Positions 9,067-18,756 of a DNA stretch of 64,000 nucleotides are shown here, piece after piece. Source of the stretch: an uncultured virus (IMG/VR IMGVR_UViG_3300045020_000075) (lineage: Duplodnaviria; Heunggongvirae; Uroviricota; Caudoviricetes); the IMG/VR virus record IMGVR_UViG_3300045020_000075; one strand, given 5' to 3'. Each line of letters begins with the position of its first letter. Position 1 is the stretch's first letter. The notes beneath the pieces are model-generated. The model ran no database searches. It saw nothing but the letters and a program-made list of their open reading frames with translations, and was not told where the DNA came from. A program made the position numbers and the translations under genes.

Positions 9067-9604
9067 GTGCACCGCCTGCGGCACCAAGTTCCGGTGGAGC
9101 TTCGCCGACAAGGGCAAGTGGCCCGACTACTGCGACAATCCGCAGTGCACCACCTTCATCGGCAACACGCGCGCCGACAACGACATCGTCATGCCGTCGT
9201 TGCGCTCGGCGACGACCCGGCACAACGATAACTTCTACCGGCAGATGGAGAAGGGCTCCGAGCACCGGGTGCATCTCGCCGCCGAGGCGTCCGGCGTGCC
9301 GGCGTCGGAACTGTCCGACCTCAAGATTACCAACCTCAACGACCGCCGCGACGCCGAGGTGGCCGCGATCCCGGTGCAGAACGATGTCACGCGCCTCATG
9401 GCTGCCAATCCGGGCATTGGGGGCTTCCAAGGCAGTGCCGGTCTGGGTTACAGTGGACACGTGCAGACCGGACCGGAGCCGAACGCTGGCGCGCGCATGA
9501 TGACGAAGCTCGGCGGGTATCATGCCGAGATATCGAAGGGGGCGGCCGTGTCGAACAATCCCGCGTTGGAGACGCAGCAGCCGGGCTACCGGCGGCGAGG
9601 GTAA
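9053..9604 (+). CDS. Zn-ribbon protein between terminase and portal
   Basis: CTAC...CDNPQC. Confidence 0.7.
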   Translation: MAVVKCTACGTKFRWSFADKGKWPDYCDNPQCTTFIGNTRADNDIVMPSLRSATTRHNDNFYRQMEKGSEHRVHLAAEASGVPASELSDLKITNLNDRRDAEVAAIPVQNDVTRLMAANPGIGGFQGSAGLGYSGHVQTGPEPNAGARMMTKLGGYHAEISKGAAVSNNPALETQQPGYRRRG

Positions 9605-9607
9605 GGC

Positions 9608-11329
9608 ATGATCAACGTCCCGACCGACAAGGTCGAGCTGCTCGATTTCACCAATCGGATGATCGAGACCTGTCGGGTCAGCGTCAACGTTCGCTCAGCC
9701 TACTGCCGGCTGATGAACGCCATCGCGGAGACTGGCCGATATGATGGTACCAAGTCGCTGATCAACCTGCTCTATCGGCATCTCACACGTACGGCCGCGC
9801 ATCTGTTCAGCCCGGTCGAACTCAAGTTCGCGGTCGACTTCGAGCGGCCCACCACCAAACGGTTCCTGGAGATGGGACAGGCGGTCGGCCGCACGCTCAC
9901 ACGCGCGTGGGAGCGCAACAACACCGACATCCTGTTCGGTCGTGGTGTCTACGAGTCGCTCAAGTATGGTGCCTGCATCCTCAAGCAGTGGCCGCAGGCC
10001 GAAGGACCCGACCTGCACCCCGTCTACTACGCACGTCTCGTCATGCCGTGGCAGTTCGGTGTGTACGACGAGTCCGAGAACGATATCTCGAAGCAGTCGG
10101 CGCTGTGCGAATCGATCCAGATGACGAAGCCCGAGGTGTGGCGGCGCATCTATCACTTGCCGAACGCCAAGAAGCTCTATGAGCGCATCTGCCAGCACGC
10201 CCAGAAGGGCAACGCGACCAACGACCCGCAGTCGTTCTTCCACCAAATCCTGTCGACCTCGCAGCTCAACACCGGCGTGCAACAGAACACACGTCCGCTG
10301 CCGGGCGGCATCGTGCAGCTCAACAATGATCCCAACTACGCCATCATGGGACCGTCGATCGCGGCCGACACCGTCCTGGCGCACGAGCTGTGGGTGCAGG
10401 ACGAGACCGGCGATTACACCACCATCCTGATGGTCGAGCCCGACATCATCGTGGCGCCGCTCTACAAGAAGGACAACCTGCTGATCCGCGGCTCGGGCCT
10501 GCAGCCCTATCGGTTGATCCAGGCCAACGAGGTGACGAACTGGTTCTGGGGTCGGTCCGAGCTGGTCGACTTGATCGAGCCGCAGTCGCTGCTGTCAATG
10601 TGGCTCGACGATCTCAAACGACTGTTTGGTTTGCAGGTGGACAAAATCCTCGGGTTCACGGGCGAGGCTGGTGTCACCGACGAAATCTATGCCCAGTTCC
10701 GCGGTGCCGGCTACCTCAATCTGCCACAAGGTGCCGACATTAAGGATGTGACGCCCAAAATCCCGCCCGAGACACTGTCGTTGATCAAGTTCCTGATCGA
10801 GACCATCAACACGCTCGGCGAATTTCCGAACATCATGCAGGGCCAGGGCGAGCAGGGCGTTCGCTCGATGGCGCACGCCTCAACGTTGCTCAAGACCGCG
10901 TCGCCGACACTGCGTGACCGCGCGCTTCTGGTTGAGCGGCAGTGCGCGGTCGCGGCCGACCTCATGCTGTCGATCATGGAGGCCAAGGACCCGGATTTCT
11001 ACTGGACCAAGGGCAACGACATCAAGGAGATCGAGGACAGCAAGTTCATCCTGGCCGATCTCACCGAGGATTGGCGCGTCACGGTCGACAGCCACTCGTC
11101 GTCGCCGATCTTTTCGGACGAGAACGCGCAGCTCATCATGTTGGCGTTCAAGTCCGGCATCGTCGACGCCGAATACGTCATCGACAACATGCCGTTCCCG
11201 AACAAGGAGTACGCCAAGGTGTCGGCGGTCGAGCGGCAGAAGCGTCAGCAAATGCTCATGATGGAGCTGCAGAAGACCAACCCGGAGGCGTTCGCGAAGC
11301 TGCTTTCACACGGTGGCGGCAAGCACTAG
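9608..11329 (+). CDS. Portal protein
   Basis: 573 aa directly after the terminase module; FWGRSEL..LIEPQ clip-like motif; QGQGEQGVRS. Confidence 0.85.
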   Translation: MINVPTDKVELLDFTNRMIETCRVSVNVRSAYCRLMNAIAETGRYDGTKSLINLLYRHLTRTAAHLFSPVELKFAVDFERPTTKRFLEMGQAVGRTLTRAWERNNTDILFGRGVYESLKYGACILKQWPQAEGPDLHPVYYARLVMPWQFGVYDESENDISKQSALCESIQMTKPEVWRRIYHLPNAKKLYERICQHAQKGNATNDPQSFFHQILSTSQLNTGVQQNTRPLPGGIVQLNNDPNYAIMGPSIAADTVLAHELWVQDETGDYTTILMVEPDIIVAPLYKKDNLLIRGSGLQPYRLIQANEVTNWFWGRSELVDLIEPQSLLSMWLDDLKRLFGLQVDKILGFTGEAGVTDEIYAQFRGAGYLNLPQGADIKDVTPKIPPETLSLIKFLIETINTLGEFPNIMQGQGEQGVRSMAHASTLLKTASPTLRDRALLVERQCAVAADLMLSIMEAKDPDFYWTKGNDIKEIEDSKFILADLTEDWRVTVDSHSSSPIFSDENAQLIMLAFKSGIVDAEYVIDNMPFPNKEYAKVSAVERQKRQQMLMMELQKTNPEAFAKLLSHGGGKH

Positions 11330-11670
11330 CCTTGGAAGCCGTTCCCCATCGGTGAGATCATCGCGGGTCCGCTCATCTGGGCGTGGCGCAGCACCGGGTC
11401 GGCTTTGGCGCGGGTCTGTAGGTTGGCGCGCAGGCGGCCTTCGTGGAGCGCGCGCTCGATGTGGGCGTTGCGCGATTGGTCCATATCTTCGAACATGACG
11501 GCGCCGATGTTCGACCGCTTGATGCGAACGATCTGACCGAAGTCGTCGGCGATGCCGATCATGTCCAGGGCGGCATTGTCAAGCAGCGCGAATGCGGCTT
11601 CGGCCTTCTCCTTGGTTTGAAACATCAACGGCCACGCGACCGGTGCCACCGCGATCGTGATCAGGTACAT
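11326..11670 (-). CDS. Hypothetical protein (antisense island)
   Basis: AAGGA SD; ATG overlaps the upstream stop. Confidence 0.7.
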   Translation of the reverse strand: MYLITIAVAPVAWPLMFQTKEKAEAAFALLDNAALDMIGIADDFGQIVRIKRSNIGAVMFEDMDQSRNAHIERALHEGRLRANLQTRAKADPVLRHAQMSGPAMISPMGNGFQG

Positions 11671-11873
11671 CAGCGTTTCCTTTTGGGTTTGCGGGCTTGT
11701 GCGTCGGCCCAGCGAAAGAACTCGGCGCGCGGCAAACGCAGGTGTCGGCCGATCTTGAGTACCTTCGGCGGATTGGTGCCGCGGCGGCCCGCCATGAGGT
11801 CGTAGAAAAAATCGACACTGATCCTCAAAATTCCCGCGGCTTCTTTGGGAGTTATGAAGATTTCTTCGTTCAT
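11670..11873 (-). CDS. AlpA/excisionase-like HTH DNA-binding protein
   Basis: FITPKEAAGILRISVDFFY...PPKVLKIGRHLRLPR.EF..W. Confidence 0.8.
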   Translation of the reverse strand: MNEEIFITPKEAAGILRISVDFFYDLMAGRRGTNPPKVLKIGRHLRLPRAEFFRWADAQARKPKRKR

Positions 11874-11998
11874 GCCGACCAGAACCTACAACAGCCGGTT
11901 CCGGCCTGTCAACGGGCCGTTGCGTTTGTGCCACATGTGCCTAGCCTCACGACGTTGGGCTGACTAGCTCGCCCATTTCTCAAGCAAGGAGCAAGCAC

Positions 11999-12043
11999 AT
12001 GCTGACGTACTCGCGTCGCGGCCGCAAGCACCGCCGGAAGTGA
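11999..12043 (+). CDS. 14-aa basic micro-peptide MLTYSRRGRKHRRK
   Basis: AAGGAG SD upstream of ATG 11999; first ORF of the head operon. Confidence 0.6.
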   Translation: MLTYSRRGRKHRRK

Positions 12044-12052
12044 TTCTCGACC

Positions 12053-12439
12053 ATGCCTGACGTAGCCCCGGCCGCCGGTACCCCGGCTCAGCCCCAAGCT
12101 CAGCAGCCCCCGATGGGCTCGTCCCCGGCAACGGGTCCGACGCCCAACAAGGGCTATGAGGCGGCTGGGCTTCAGCGGCTGGGGCTCGTCATCAAGCAAC
12201 TCGAAGCGCTTGTGCCGATGCTCGGCTCGGGCTCGGAGCCAGGCGCGGCCGTTCTCAAGGCACTCAACAGTCTCGCCAAGTTCGTGCCGTCCGGTTCGGT
12301 GACGCCGGGTGCGGAGCGCACCAACATCGACCGCATGGCGATGCAGAACGCGCAGAACAATCAGGCCATGGCGCAAATGCGCCAGGGTGGTGCGCAACCC
12401 GGTGGGGCGCCGCAGATGCAACCCCCGAAGGCCGCCTGA
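12053..12439 (+). CDS. Head-module protein (Pro/Gln-rich)
   Basis: Position in the head operon; tightly coupled. Confidence 0.7.
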   Translation: MPDVAPAAGTPAQPQAQQPPMGSSPATGPTPNKGYEAAGLQRLGLVIKQLEALVPMLGSGSEPGAAVLKALNSLAKFVPSGSVTPGAERTNIDRMAMQNAQNNQAMAQMRQGGAQPGGAPQMQPPKAA

Positions 12440-12627
12440 TGTCGAAGACCAACATCTTCAAGTGCGACGAGATGCCGATGACCAGCGACCATGAGCGCGG
12501 TCAGGCGAAGACGCACCAAACGCTCGCCGAAAGCCGCGACGCCCCGCTGCCCGGCACTCGTAATAACCCCGCCATGGCGGTCCAGAACATCCACAAAGCT
12601 GCACCCGCAACCGGCCGCAGGCCGTAA
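12439..12627 (+). CDS. Small head-module protein (paralogue of 13084..13269)
   Basis: TGATG coupling; shared motif. Confidence 0.65.
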   Translation: MSKTNIFKCDEMPMTSDHERGQAKTHQTLAESRDAPLPGTRNNPAMAVQNIHKAAPATGRRP

Positions 12628-12639
12628 GGGAGTTTCGTC

Positions 12640-13074
12640 ATGCCGACCGCCGATGGCAAGCCGATTTTTGAAGACCTCGTCGCGCTGCTTCAGTCGAAGC
12701 CCAGTCCGTTGGTGCTGTCGACGAACCTCGACACCATCACGGGCGCGCTGGTCGACCTCGGCAATCGGGTTCGCAATCTCGAACACGGCAGCCTCGTGAA
12801 TGCCGATGCGACGCGCGTCGCCACGACCGCAACGGTCGACCAGGAGAAGCGGATCGCGGCGCTCGAAACCGATCGGACCGACGCCAAAAAGCGCCTCGAC
12901 GCGGTCGAGAAGACGCCCGTCGATGTCACCGCGAAGCTCGACGCCATGGACAAGCGCATCCGCACCGTCGAGGGCGCGGTCGGTTCCACCAATTTCGCGG
13001 CCGCCAAGGCGGCGCCCGAGACGCCTGTCTTGTTCAAGGGTCCCGACCCGACCGCTCCGATCGCGAACCCGTAG
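12640..13074 (+). CDS. Coiled-coil protein
   Basis: GGGAG SD; heptads RVRNLE, RIAALE, RLDAVE, RIRTVE. Confidence 0.7.
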   Translation: MPTADGKPIFEDLVALLQSKPSPLVLSTNLDTITGALVDLGNRVRNLEHGSLVNADATRVATTATVDQEKRIAALETDRTDAKKRLDAVEKTPVDVTAKLDAMDKRIRTVEGAVGSTNFAAAKAAPETPVLFKGPDPTAPIANP

Positions 13075-13083
13075 GAGGCACAC

Positions 13084-13269
13084 ATGCCCGTCGACCTGTT
13101 TCACAACACCGCCAAGGCCATTCCGACCTCGGACGATCAGATCGTGCGCGTCGGCATGGAGGAGATCGAGATCGGCGGACGCAAGAGTCACCTGCCGGGT
13201 CAGCAGACCTCGCCGGCCCTGCCGCTCTCGCACGTGCCGAACGCCGGCTCCAACATCGGGACCAAGTAA
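13084..13269 (+). CDS. Small head-module protein
   Basis: AGGAGG SD. Confidence 0.7.
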   Translation: MPVDLFHNTAKAIPTSDDQIVRVGMEEIEIGGRKSHLPGQQTSPALPLSHVPNAGSNIGTK

Positions 13270-13859
13270 TGCCCAAGATGGTGGAAATCGACGAGGAGCA
13301 GCTCCTGCGCGATAAGAACTTGCGCGCGCAGGTCGAGCGCATCATGGGCAATCCCGACGCCCGCCTGTTGGTCGAGCAGGCCGCCAAGCTGGTCGATCCG
13401 AACGCGAAGACACCGACGCTCGATCAGAAGAAGATCGTCGAGGAGCCGGTGTCGAAACTCGAAGCCAAGATGGATGCGTTCATCGCGGCCCAGAACAAGG
13501 ATCGCGAGGAGCGCGAGGCCAAGGCCAAGCGCGAGGAGATTCACAATCAGGTCACATCCGGCCTCGCACGGTTGCGCGCTGCCGGCTGGACCGACGACGG
13601 CGTCAAGGGCGTCGAGAAGCTGATGGAGGAGAAGGGGCTGCTCGACGTGGATATCGCGGCCGCTTTCTTCGAGAAACAGCATCCGCCGCAGGCGCCAATC
13701 AAGTCCGGCGGGACCGGAGCATGGAATTTTCTCGACCAAGCGCCCGAGGGGGATGCGGACCTCAAGAAGCTGGTCGAGAATCGGGGGCAGTCAGAGGGTC
13801 TGATCGACAAGATGGCGATGGACGCTCTGGCGGAGATTCGCGGGCAATCGCGTCGCTGA
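13269..13859 (+). CDS. Probable scaffolding protein
   Basis: Charged helical protein immediately upstream of the capsid gene. Confidence 0.65.
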   Translation: MPKMVEIDEEQLLRDKNLRAQVERIMGNPDARLLVEQAAKLVDPNAKTPTLDQKKIVEEPVSKLEAKMDAFIAAQNKDREEREAKAKREEIHNQVTSGLARLRAAGWTDDGVKGVEKLMEEKGLLDVDIAAAFFEKQHPPQAPIKSGGTGAWNFLDQAPEGDADLKKLVENRGQSEGLIDKMAMDALAEIRGQSRR

Positions 13860-13893
13860 TGCGGATGTCTAGTTAAATATAGAGGAGGCTAAC

Positions 13894-14928
13894 ATTCCGC
13901 TCCCAGGTCTCGGTGTAGCACCGGCTGCCGGCTCGTTATACACGGAACTTACCGCGGTGACGAGACGTGCATTCGTGCCTAAATTATTTGTACTTTTGTA
14001 CTTCGGGTCGCCATGTCTGTTCTACATGACCGGCAACGCGCAGCGCGCGGCTGGCGGCCTTAACCAGATCACTGTGCCTATGCAAGGCGCGAGCATGGTC
14101 CAAGGTCAGTTCACCAACTACGGTGGTGGCTTCAACTCTCCCGTTATTACTCCCGGCATTCAGAACGGTCAGTGGAATCTCGCCTACTGGGTCGTGCCCG
14201 TCCCGCTTCCGTTCGGCGAGACCGTGATCCAGGCGACCGATCGCGAGATCAGCCTGCTCAAAGCCCGCATGAACGACGTGTACGCGGTGACGCGCCAGAA
14301 CATGGCGCGCCTGATGTTCACGAACAACAGCGCGAACCCGCAGCTTCCGAACTCGTTCCAGGACGCGTTCGATAATGGCACCAACTTCCCGACCTATGGC
14401 GGCATCAACCGCAACGCGGCCGGCAACTCGGCGTTCCAGGGTCAGTACATCAATCTCGGCTCGGGCACTTTCAGCATGGCGTCCGCGACACGCGCCGGGA
14501 TGGCGAACGTGCTGGCCTACATGACGGATCAGGCTGGCGGCGAGTCGCCCACTTTTGCGGTCATGAGTCCCGGCGACATGGCGACCCTGACGGCCAGCAT
14601 TACGGCGATCGAAAATCAGTACCTGCAGCCCGGCACGTCCTACTCGATGGACACCGCGGTGCGGTCGAGCTTCCCGAACGTGAACATCTCGGGTGTGCCG
14701 TTCTTCGCCGACCACTTCTGTCCGAAGGGGAACGTGTTCTTCGTCAACGTCAAGTATACGGCGATGTACATGTCCGAGGATGCGGCGTTCGACTTCTCGG
14801 GCTTCTACTCGCTCGTGCCTCTCGGACAGATCGGTCAGCAGGGCGTCGTGGTGGTCGGCTACGATATCGTCTCGGCGAAGTCGGTATCAGGTGCCTGGTG
14901 CTATAACCTGAGCGGCGCTGCTTTTTAG
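13894..14928 (+). CDS. Major capsid protein; predicted ATT start at 13894 (ORF track starts at GTG 13957)
   Basis: GGAGG 5 nt before ATT; ELTAVTRRAFVPKL; TYGGINR; ISGVPFFADHFCPKG..FFVN.KY; size and position. Confidence 0.85.
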   Translation: MPLPGLGVAPAAGSLYTELTAVTRRAFVPKLFVLLYFGSPCLFYMTGNAQRAAGGLNQITVPMQGASMVQGQFTNYGGGFNSPVITPGIQNGQWNLAYWVVPVPLPFGETVIQATDREISLLKARMNDVYAVTRQNMARLMFTNNSANPQLPNSFQDAFDNGTNFPTYGGINRNAAGNSAFQGQYINLGSGTFSMASATRAGMANVLAYMTDQAGGESPTFAVMSPGDMATLTASITAIENQYLQPGTSYSMDTAVRSSFPNVNISGVPFFADHFCPKGNVFFVNVKYTAMYMSEDAAFDFSGFYSLVPLGQIGQQGVVVVGYDIVSAKSVSGAWCYNLSGAAF

Positions 14929-14967
14929 CAGTTAAATCAATGAGTTACGAGGCAAGGAGCGAATAGC

Positions 14968-16134
14968 ATGCCTGGTCCCCTCGGCGGTCCCGGAATTCCG
15001 CTGCAGCTGCCGCAGAACTTGTATCCGTCCGAGCTGGCGAACGCGCCGATTGATAGCCCGACCAACAAGATCGCGCTCGCGCCTGGTCAGACGCTTCCGC
15101 TGCCAGCGGGTGATTGGTACGTGACGCTTGGCTCCTATCTGGTGCTGCAGTTCCTCGATCCGGTCACCAACGTGTGGACGCTCGGCGCCGCACCGGGCTG
15201 GACCGGCTCGGTCGCGTTCATCAAGTCGGACGGCTTCAACTGTCGCGTCGCGAACCTGACGGGCTGTCCGGTCTCGGCGTCGATCATCGCGTACGGCTCG
15301 GGCTACGTTCAAGCCTCGACGACCATCACGGCGGTCGGCTCGACCTCGACGTGGCTGCCGATCGTCGGTGGCCAGCTCGCCACTACGGGCACGTTCTCGC
15401 TCAACGTGCCGAACGCGGGCGCCGGCTACGGCGTGCCGCCGATTCTGCTGATTCCGCCGCCCCCGCCGGCCCAGAACAACTCGAACGGCGTCGGCGGCGT
15501 GCCGGCGAGCGGCTACCTGATCATCGCGAGCGGCACAATCGCGAGCGTCGTCATCACCAATCCGGGTGCCGGCTATCAGGTGGCGCCGACTTGCGTGGTC
15601 GTGACGGCGCCGAACGATCCGAACCTCTCGACCGGTATCACGCAGGGCGCGGTGGCGTTCAGTCTCACGGGCTCGGGCTCGATCTGCGCGGTGCTGTGCA
15701 CCAACAACGGCGCCGCGATTACGCCCGCCAACATCTCGCTCACGGTCGGCGGCGCCGGCACGGCCGCGTCGGTGGTCGCGAACGTGATGCAGACCATCAC
15801 GAAGGCGTCCGTGACGGGCGCCGGCACCGGCTATGGCACCGTGGCGGCACTGCTCACCACGACGGGCGGCGGACCGAGCACCGGTACGGTCACGAACAAC
15901 CCCGAGTTCCTGGGGCTCGCGTATCGGCCGCGCCCCGCGCAGGTCAACCTCACGGTCACCAACCTCGGCACGCTGTCGGCGCAGGCCGGCACCATCCTGG
16001 ATGGCGGCCTGTTTCTGTCGGCGCCGAACGCCGTCATCTCGACCGGCGGGTTGGGGGGCTCGCTCGGTGGCGCCACGATCGCGCTCACGATGGGCTCGAC
16101 AGCCGACATCGTCACGGTGCAGCCGGCGCCGTGA
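14968..16134 (+). CDS. Virion structural/decoration protein with G(S/A)GY beta-repeats
   Basis: AAGGAG SD; Gly/Ser/Thr-rich; follows the capsid gene. Confidence 0.7.
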   Translation: MPGPLGGPGIPLQLPQNLYPSELANAPIDSPTNKIALAPGQTLPLPAGDWYVTLGSYLVLQFLDPVTNVWTLGAAPGWTGSVAFIKSDGFNCRVANLTGCPVSASIIAYGSGYVQASTTITAVGSTSTWLPIVGGQLATTGTFSLNVPNAGAGYGVPPILLIPPPPPAQNNSNGVGGVPASGYLIIASGTIASVVITNPGAGYQVAPTCVVVTAPNDPNLSTGITQGAVAFSLTGSGSICAVLCTNNGAAITPANISLTVGGAGTAASVVANVMQTITKASVTGAGTGYGTVAALLTTTGGGPSTGTVTNNPEFLGLAYRPRPAQVNLTVTNLGTLSAQAGTILDGGLFLSAPNAVISTGGLGGSLGGATIALTMGSTADIVTVQPAP

Positions 16135-16361
16135 CGTACAGCCTCGCCATAACGGGGGTCAACGCGAACAACCTGTTGACTTCCAGCAAGCAGGGGCTGA
16201 CGCTGTCGGACACGAACGCGCAGCCGGGCGCACAGCTCAACGCGATGCAGACCGGCACGGCGTTCTTGTGCCAGGGGCCGGACGGGGCGCAACGTTACTA
16301 CGTGCTCGACGCTGCCCGATCGACGCCAGCCCTTCCGGTGTTGATCCCTGTCGGTCCCTGA
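16131..16361 (+). CDS. Small virion-module protein
   Basis: GTGA overlap. Confidence 0.6.
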   Translation: MTYSLAITGVNANNLLTSSKQGLTLSDTNAQPGAQLNAMQTGTAFLCQGPDGAQRYYVLDAARSTPALPVLIPVGP

Positions 16362-16398
16362 CCCGCCAGGAGCATTGTCCGGCAGGAGGTAGACTGCC

Positions 16399-17178
16399 GT
16401 GCTGACCGCGTACCAGACCGCTCTCCAGAATCTGCTGCAGAACCCCGGAGCGCCGTCACAGCTCTACTCGATCACCAGCCAAAACACTTGGATCAATACG
16501 GCGCGCGGTCAGCTTGCCGGTGAGGCCGAGTGCATCCGGCTGATCGGCACCATCTCGACCGTGGTGGGCCAGCGCGCCTACAACTTCTCAGCCATCAATA
16601 CGGGCGTCGCGGCCACCAACGGCATCGAGGGCGTGATTCACGTCCGTCGCATCTCCTACAACGTCGGCCAGAACCCGCAGGGGCTGTCGGGCCAGCAGCG
16701 CGTCGAGCCCGCCGCCTGGGAATGGTTCGACCTGTTCAACCTCAACAATCCGGTACCGACGCAAGGCCCGCCCCAAACATGGAGTCAGTACGGGCAGGGC
16801 AGTGCCGGAACCGGTACGGGGTCCGGCGCTACGGGTTCGTTCTACCTCGACCCGCCGCCGGACCTCACCTATGCGCTCAACCTCGATTGCGTGTGCTACC
16901 CGCAGGCACTGGCGGCGGATGGCGACGTGGAGGCGATCCCGTACCTGTGGACCGATGCGGTGCCGTTCTTTGCAGCCTATTACGCGTACCTGTCTGCACA
17001 GACCGGCGCCCGGCAGGCGGACGCGGAGCGGATGTTCGGCCACTATCAGACTTTCCTGCAGCGCGCCCGCCAGGCCTCGAACCCGTCCGTCAACCGGTTC
17101 CTCTACGAGCAGGCTGGTGATCCGGCGCAAGCCGCCAAGATGGGCATCAAACCGCCCGCGGCGGCCGGAGCTGCGTGA
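16399..17178 (+). CDS. Head-tail adaptor-like protein A
   Basis: AGGAGG SD; WINTARGQLA..ECIR; IPYLWTDAVPFFAA. Confidence 0.7.
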   Translation: MLTAYQTALQNLLQNPGAPSQLYSITSQNTWINTARGQLAGEAECIRLIGTISTVVGQRAYNFSAINTGVAATNGIEGVIHVRRISYNVGQNPQGLSGQQRVEPAAWEWFDLFNLNNPVPTQGPPQTWSQYGQGSAGTGTGSGATGSFYLDPPPDLTYALNLDCVCYPQALAADGDVEAIPYLWTDAVPFFAAYYAYLSAQTGARQADAERMFGHYQTFLQRARQASNPSVNRFLYEQAGDPAQAAKMGIKPPAAAGAA

Positions 17179-18110
17179 TGGCGACGCTCAACGATTATCT
17201 CAAGCAGGTCCAGCGCTTCATCCGTGAGGCGAAGCAGGACTTCATTCGCCCCGAGGACATGGTGTCGTACATCAACCGCGCCCGGCGAGAGGTCGCGATG
17301 CGGGCGCAGTGCGTGCGTCGGCTCACGCCGATCTCGGGCTCGGTGATCGGCGCGACCGTCACGGCGGGCGGGAGCGGGTACACGAGCCCGGTGGCGACGA
17401 TCTCGGCGCCTGATTGTCCGTCGAGCACCGCGCCTTACCCGAATGGAGATCAAGCGACGGCAGTTGCAACACAAGTCGGCGGGGTGGTCAACTCGGTGCA
17501 GATTTTGTACGGCGGGCACGGGTACTTCCAGCCGATCGTCACCATCACGGATGCGTCGGGACCGGGGACGGGTGCAACTGCGACGTTGCAGTTGTCGCCG
17601 ATTAATGTCGTCGTGCAAGGACAGGAAGTATATCCGTTTAGCGGAATTAACGTTAGTATGTTTCCAGGTGTAAGTTCGGTGTATATGATTAAGTCGGTTA
17701 GTGTTATATATTCAAATTATAGATATTCACTTCCTATGTATGCCTTTTCAGTTTATCAGGCAATGATCAGGCAGTATTTGTTTCAGTACCAGTATGTACC
17801 TACATTCAGCAGCCAATTCGGACAAGGCACCGATGGATCATTCTACCACTACCCCCTGCCGAGCCAGACCTATCAAATTGAGTACGACTGTTTTTGTCTG
17901 CCGCAAGATTTGAAGACAAACCAAGATGTTGATGTGATTCCGCAACCGTGGACCGACGCGGTGAGTTATTTCGCTGCGACGCTCTGCTACGAGGAAATTC
18001 AAAACCTTAACTACGCGAAATATTACCAAGACAAGTTCGATATGATGCTGTTGCGATACTCGCAATACGCTAGGCCCGGCCGCGTCACGAATCCGTATGG
18101 GAGATTTTAG
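17178..18110 (+). CDS. Head-tail adaptor-like protein B with inserted GSGY domain
   Basis: YINRARREVA..QCVR; IPQPWTDAVSYFAA. Confidence 0.7.
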   Translation: MATLNDYLKQVQRFIREAKQDFIRPEDMVSYINRARREVAMRAQCVRRLTPISGSVIGATVTAGGSGYTSPVATISAPDCPSSTAPYPNGDQATAVATQVGGVVNSVQILYGGHGYFQPIVTITDASGPGTGATATLQLSPINVVVQGQEVYPFSGINVSMFPGVSSVYMIKSVSVIYSNYRYSLPMYAFSVYQAMIRQYLFQYQYVPTFSSQFGQGTDGSFYHYPLPSQTYQIEYDCFCLPQDLKTNQDVDVIPQPWTDAVSYFAATLCYEEIQNLNYAKYYQDKFDMMLLRYSQYARPGRVTNPYGRF

Positions 18111-18756
18111 CGGCTATGACGAGCGCAATTGTATACATGTCCTTGTCGGTTCCGACTCCTTTTAGCGCATTTACGCCCCAGATGACGAACCGGCAATTAT
18201 CAGGGGTGTATCCCTTCCGATTGTTGATTCGATCGATGCTCGGTGAGAATGGCCATGGACCACGGGATTTATTTTGTCGAAATACGAGCCCTGTTACTTC
18301 GCAACGATTATCCCAACGTTCGGCAGCCCATTCATCCGTAAGCGTGAAAACGAGTCCGCGCTTTTCGGCGTCCAGCCGACGAGATTGGAGCAAGTACTTC
18401 CAAGGTTTTTTGGAGAGCGATTTTGCACGATAAGTTTTCGCATATTTCGGTTCATGTTCCCGAAACCATTCGGGATCGTCGGCGCGTTTTTTGCGTTGGC
18501 GAGCGTTGTGTAACTCGCGGTGCTCTACTTGCCAACCACCTTCATAGCAGCCGCGGGAACAGAACCTTTGGTGCCGCTTGGATTGAACGAATGGTGTACC
18601 GCACCGGATGCATGTGCGATTTCGATCCTCGGCACCTGTATCGTCAGGATGCCGGTAGTATTTTTTTTCGTAGCATTTGCGACTACAAAATTTTGGCGTC
18701 CGTCCTTCGGGCCGTTTGCGCTCAAACGGCTTCCCGCATTCAAGACATTCAGGCAT
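18085..18756 (-). CDS. HNH-type endonuclease with two Zn-finger (CxxC...FCSxxC) repeats
   Basis: RCEVTG, PSIDRINNRKGYTPDNCRFV; low GC; antisense to the tail genes. Confidence 0.85.
   Translation of the reverse strand: MPECLECGKPFERKRPEGRTPKFCSRKCYEKKYYRHPDDTGAEDRNRTCIRCGTPFVQSKRHQRFCSRGCYEGGWQVEHRELHNARQRKKRADDPEWFREHEPKYAKTYRAKSLSKKPWKYLLQSRRLDAEKRGLVFTLTDEWAAERWDNRCEVTGLVFRQNKSRGPWPFSPSIDRINNRKGYTPDNCRFVIWGVNALKGVGTDKDMYTIALVIAAKISHTDS

Noticed and set aside
15114..16130. Long Arg-rich ORFs overlapping structural genes (also 19650-21125, 48932-50116 and many others)
   Set aside because: High-GC shadow frames without SD or motifs; only the 3' tail 16131-16361 looks real
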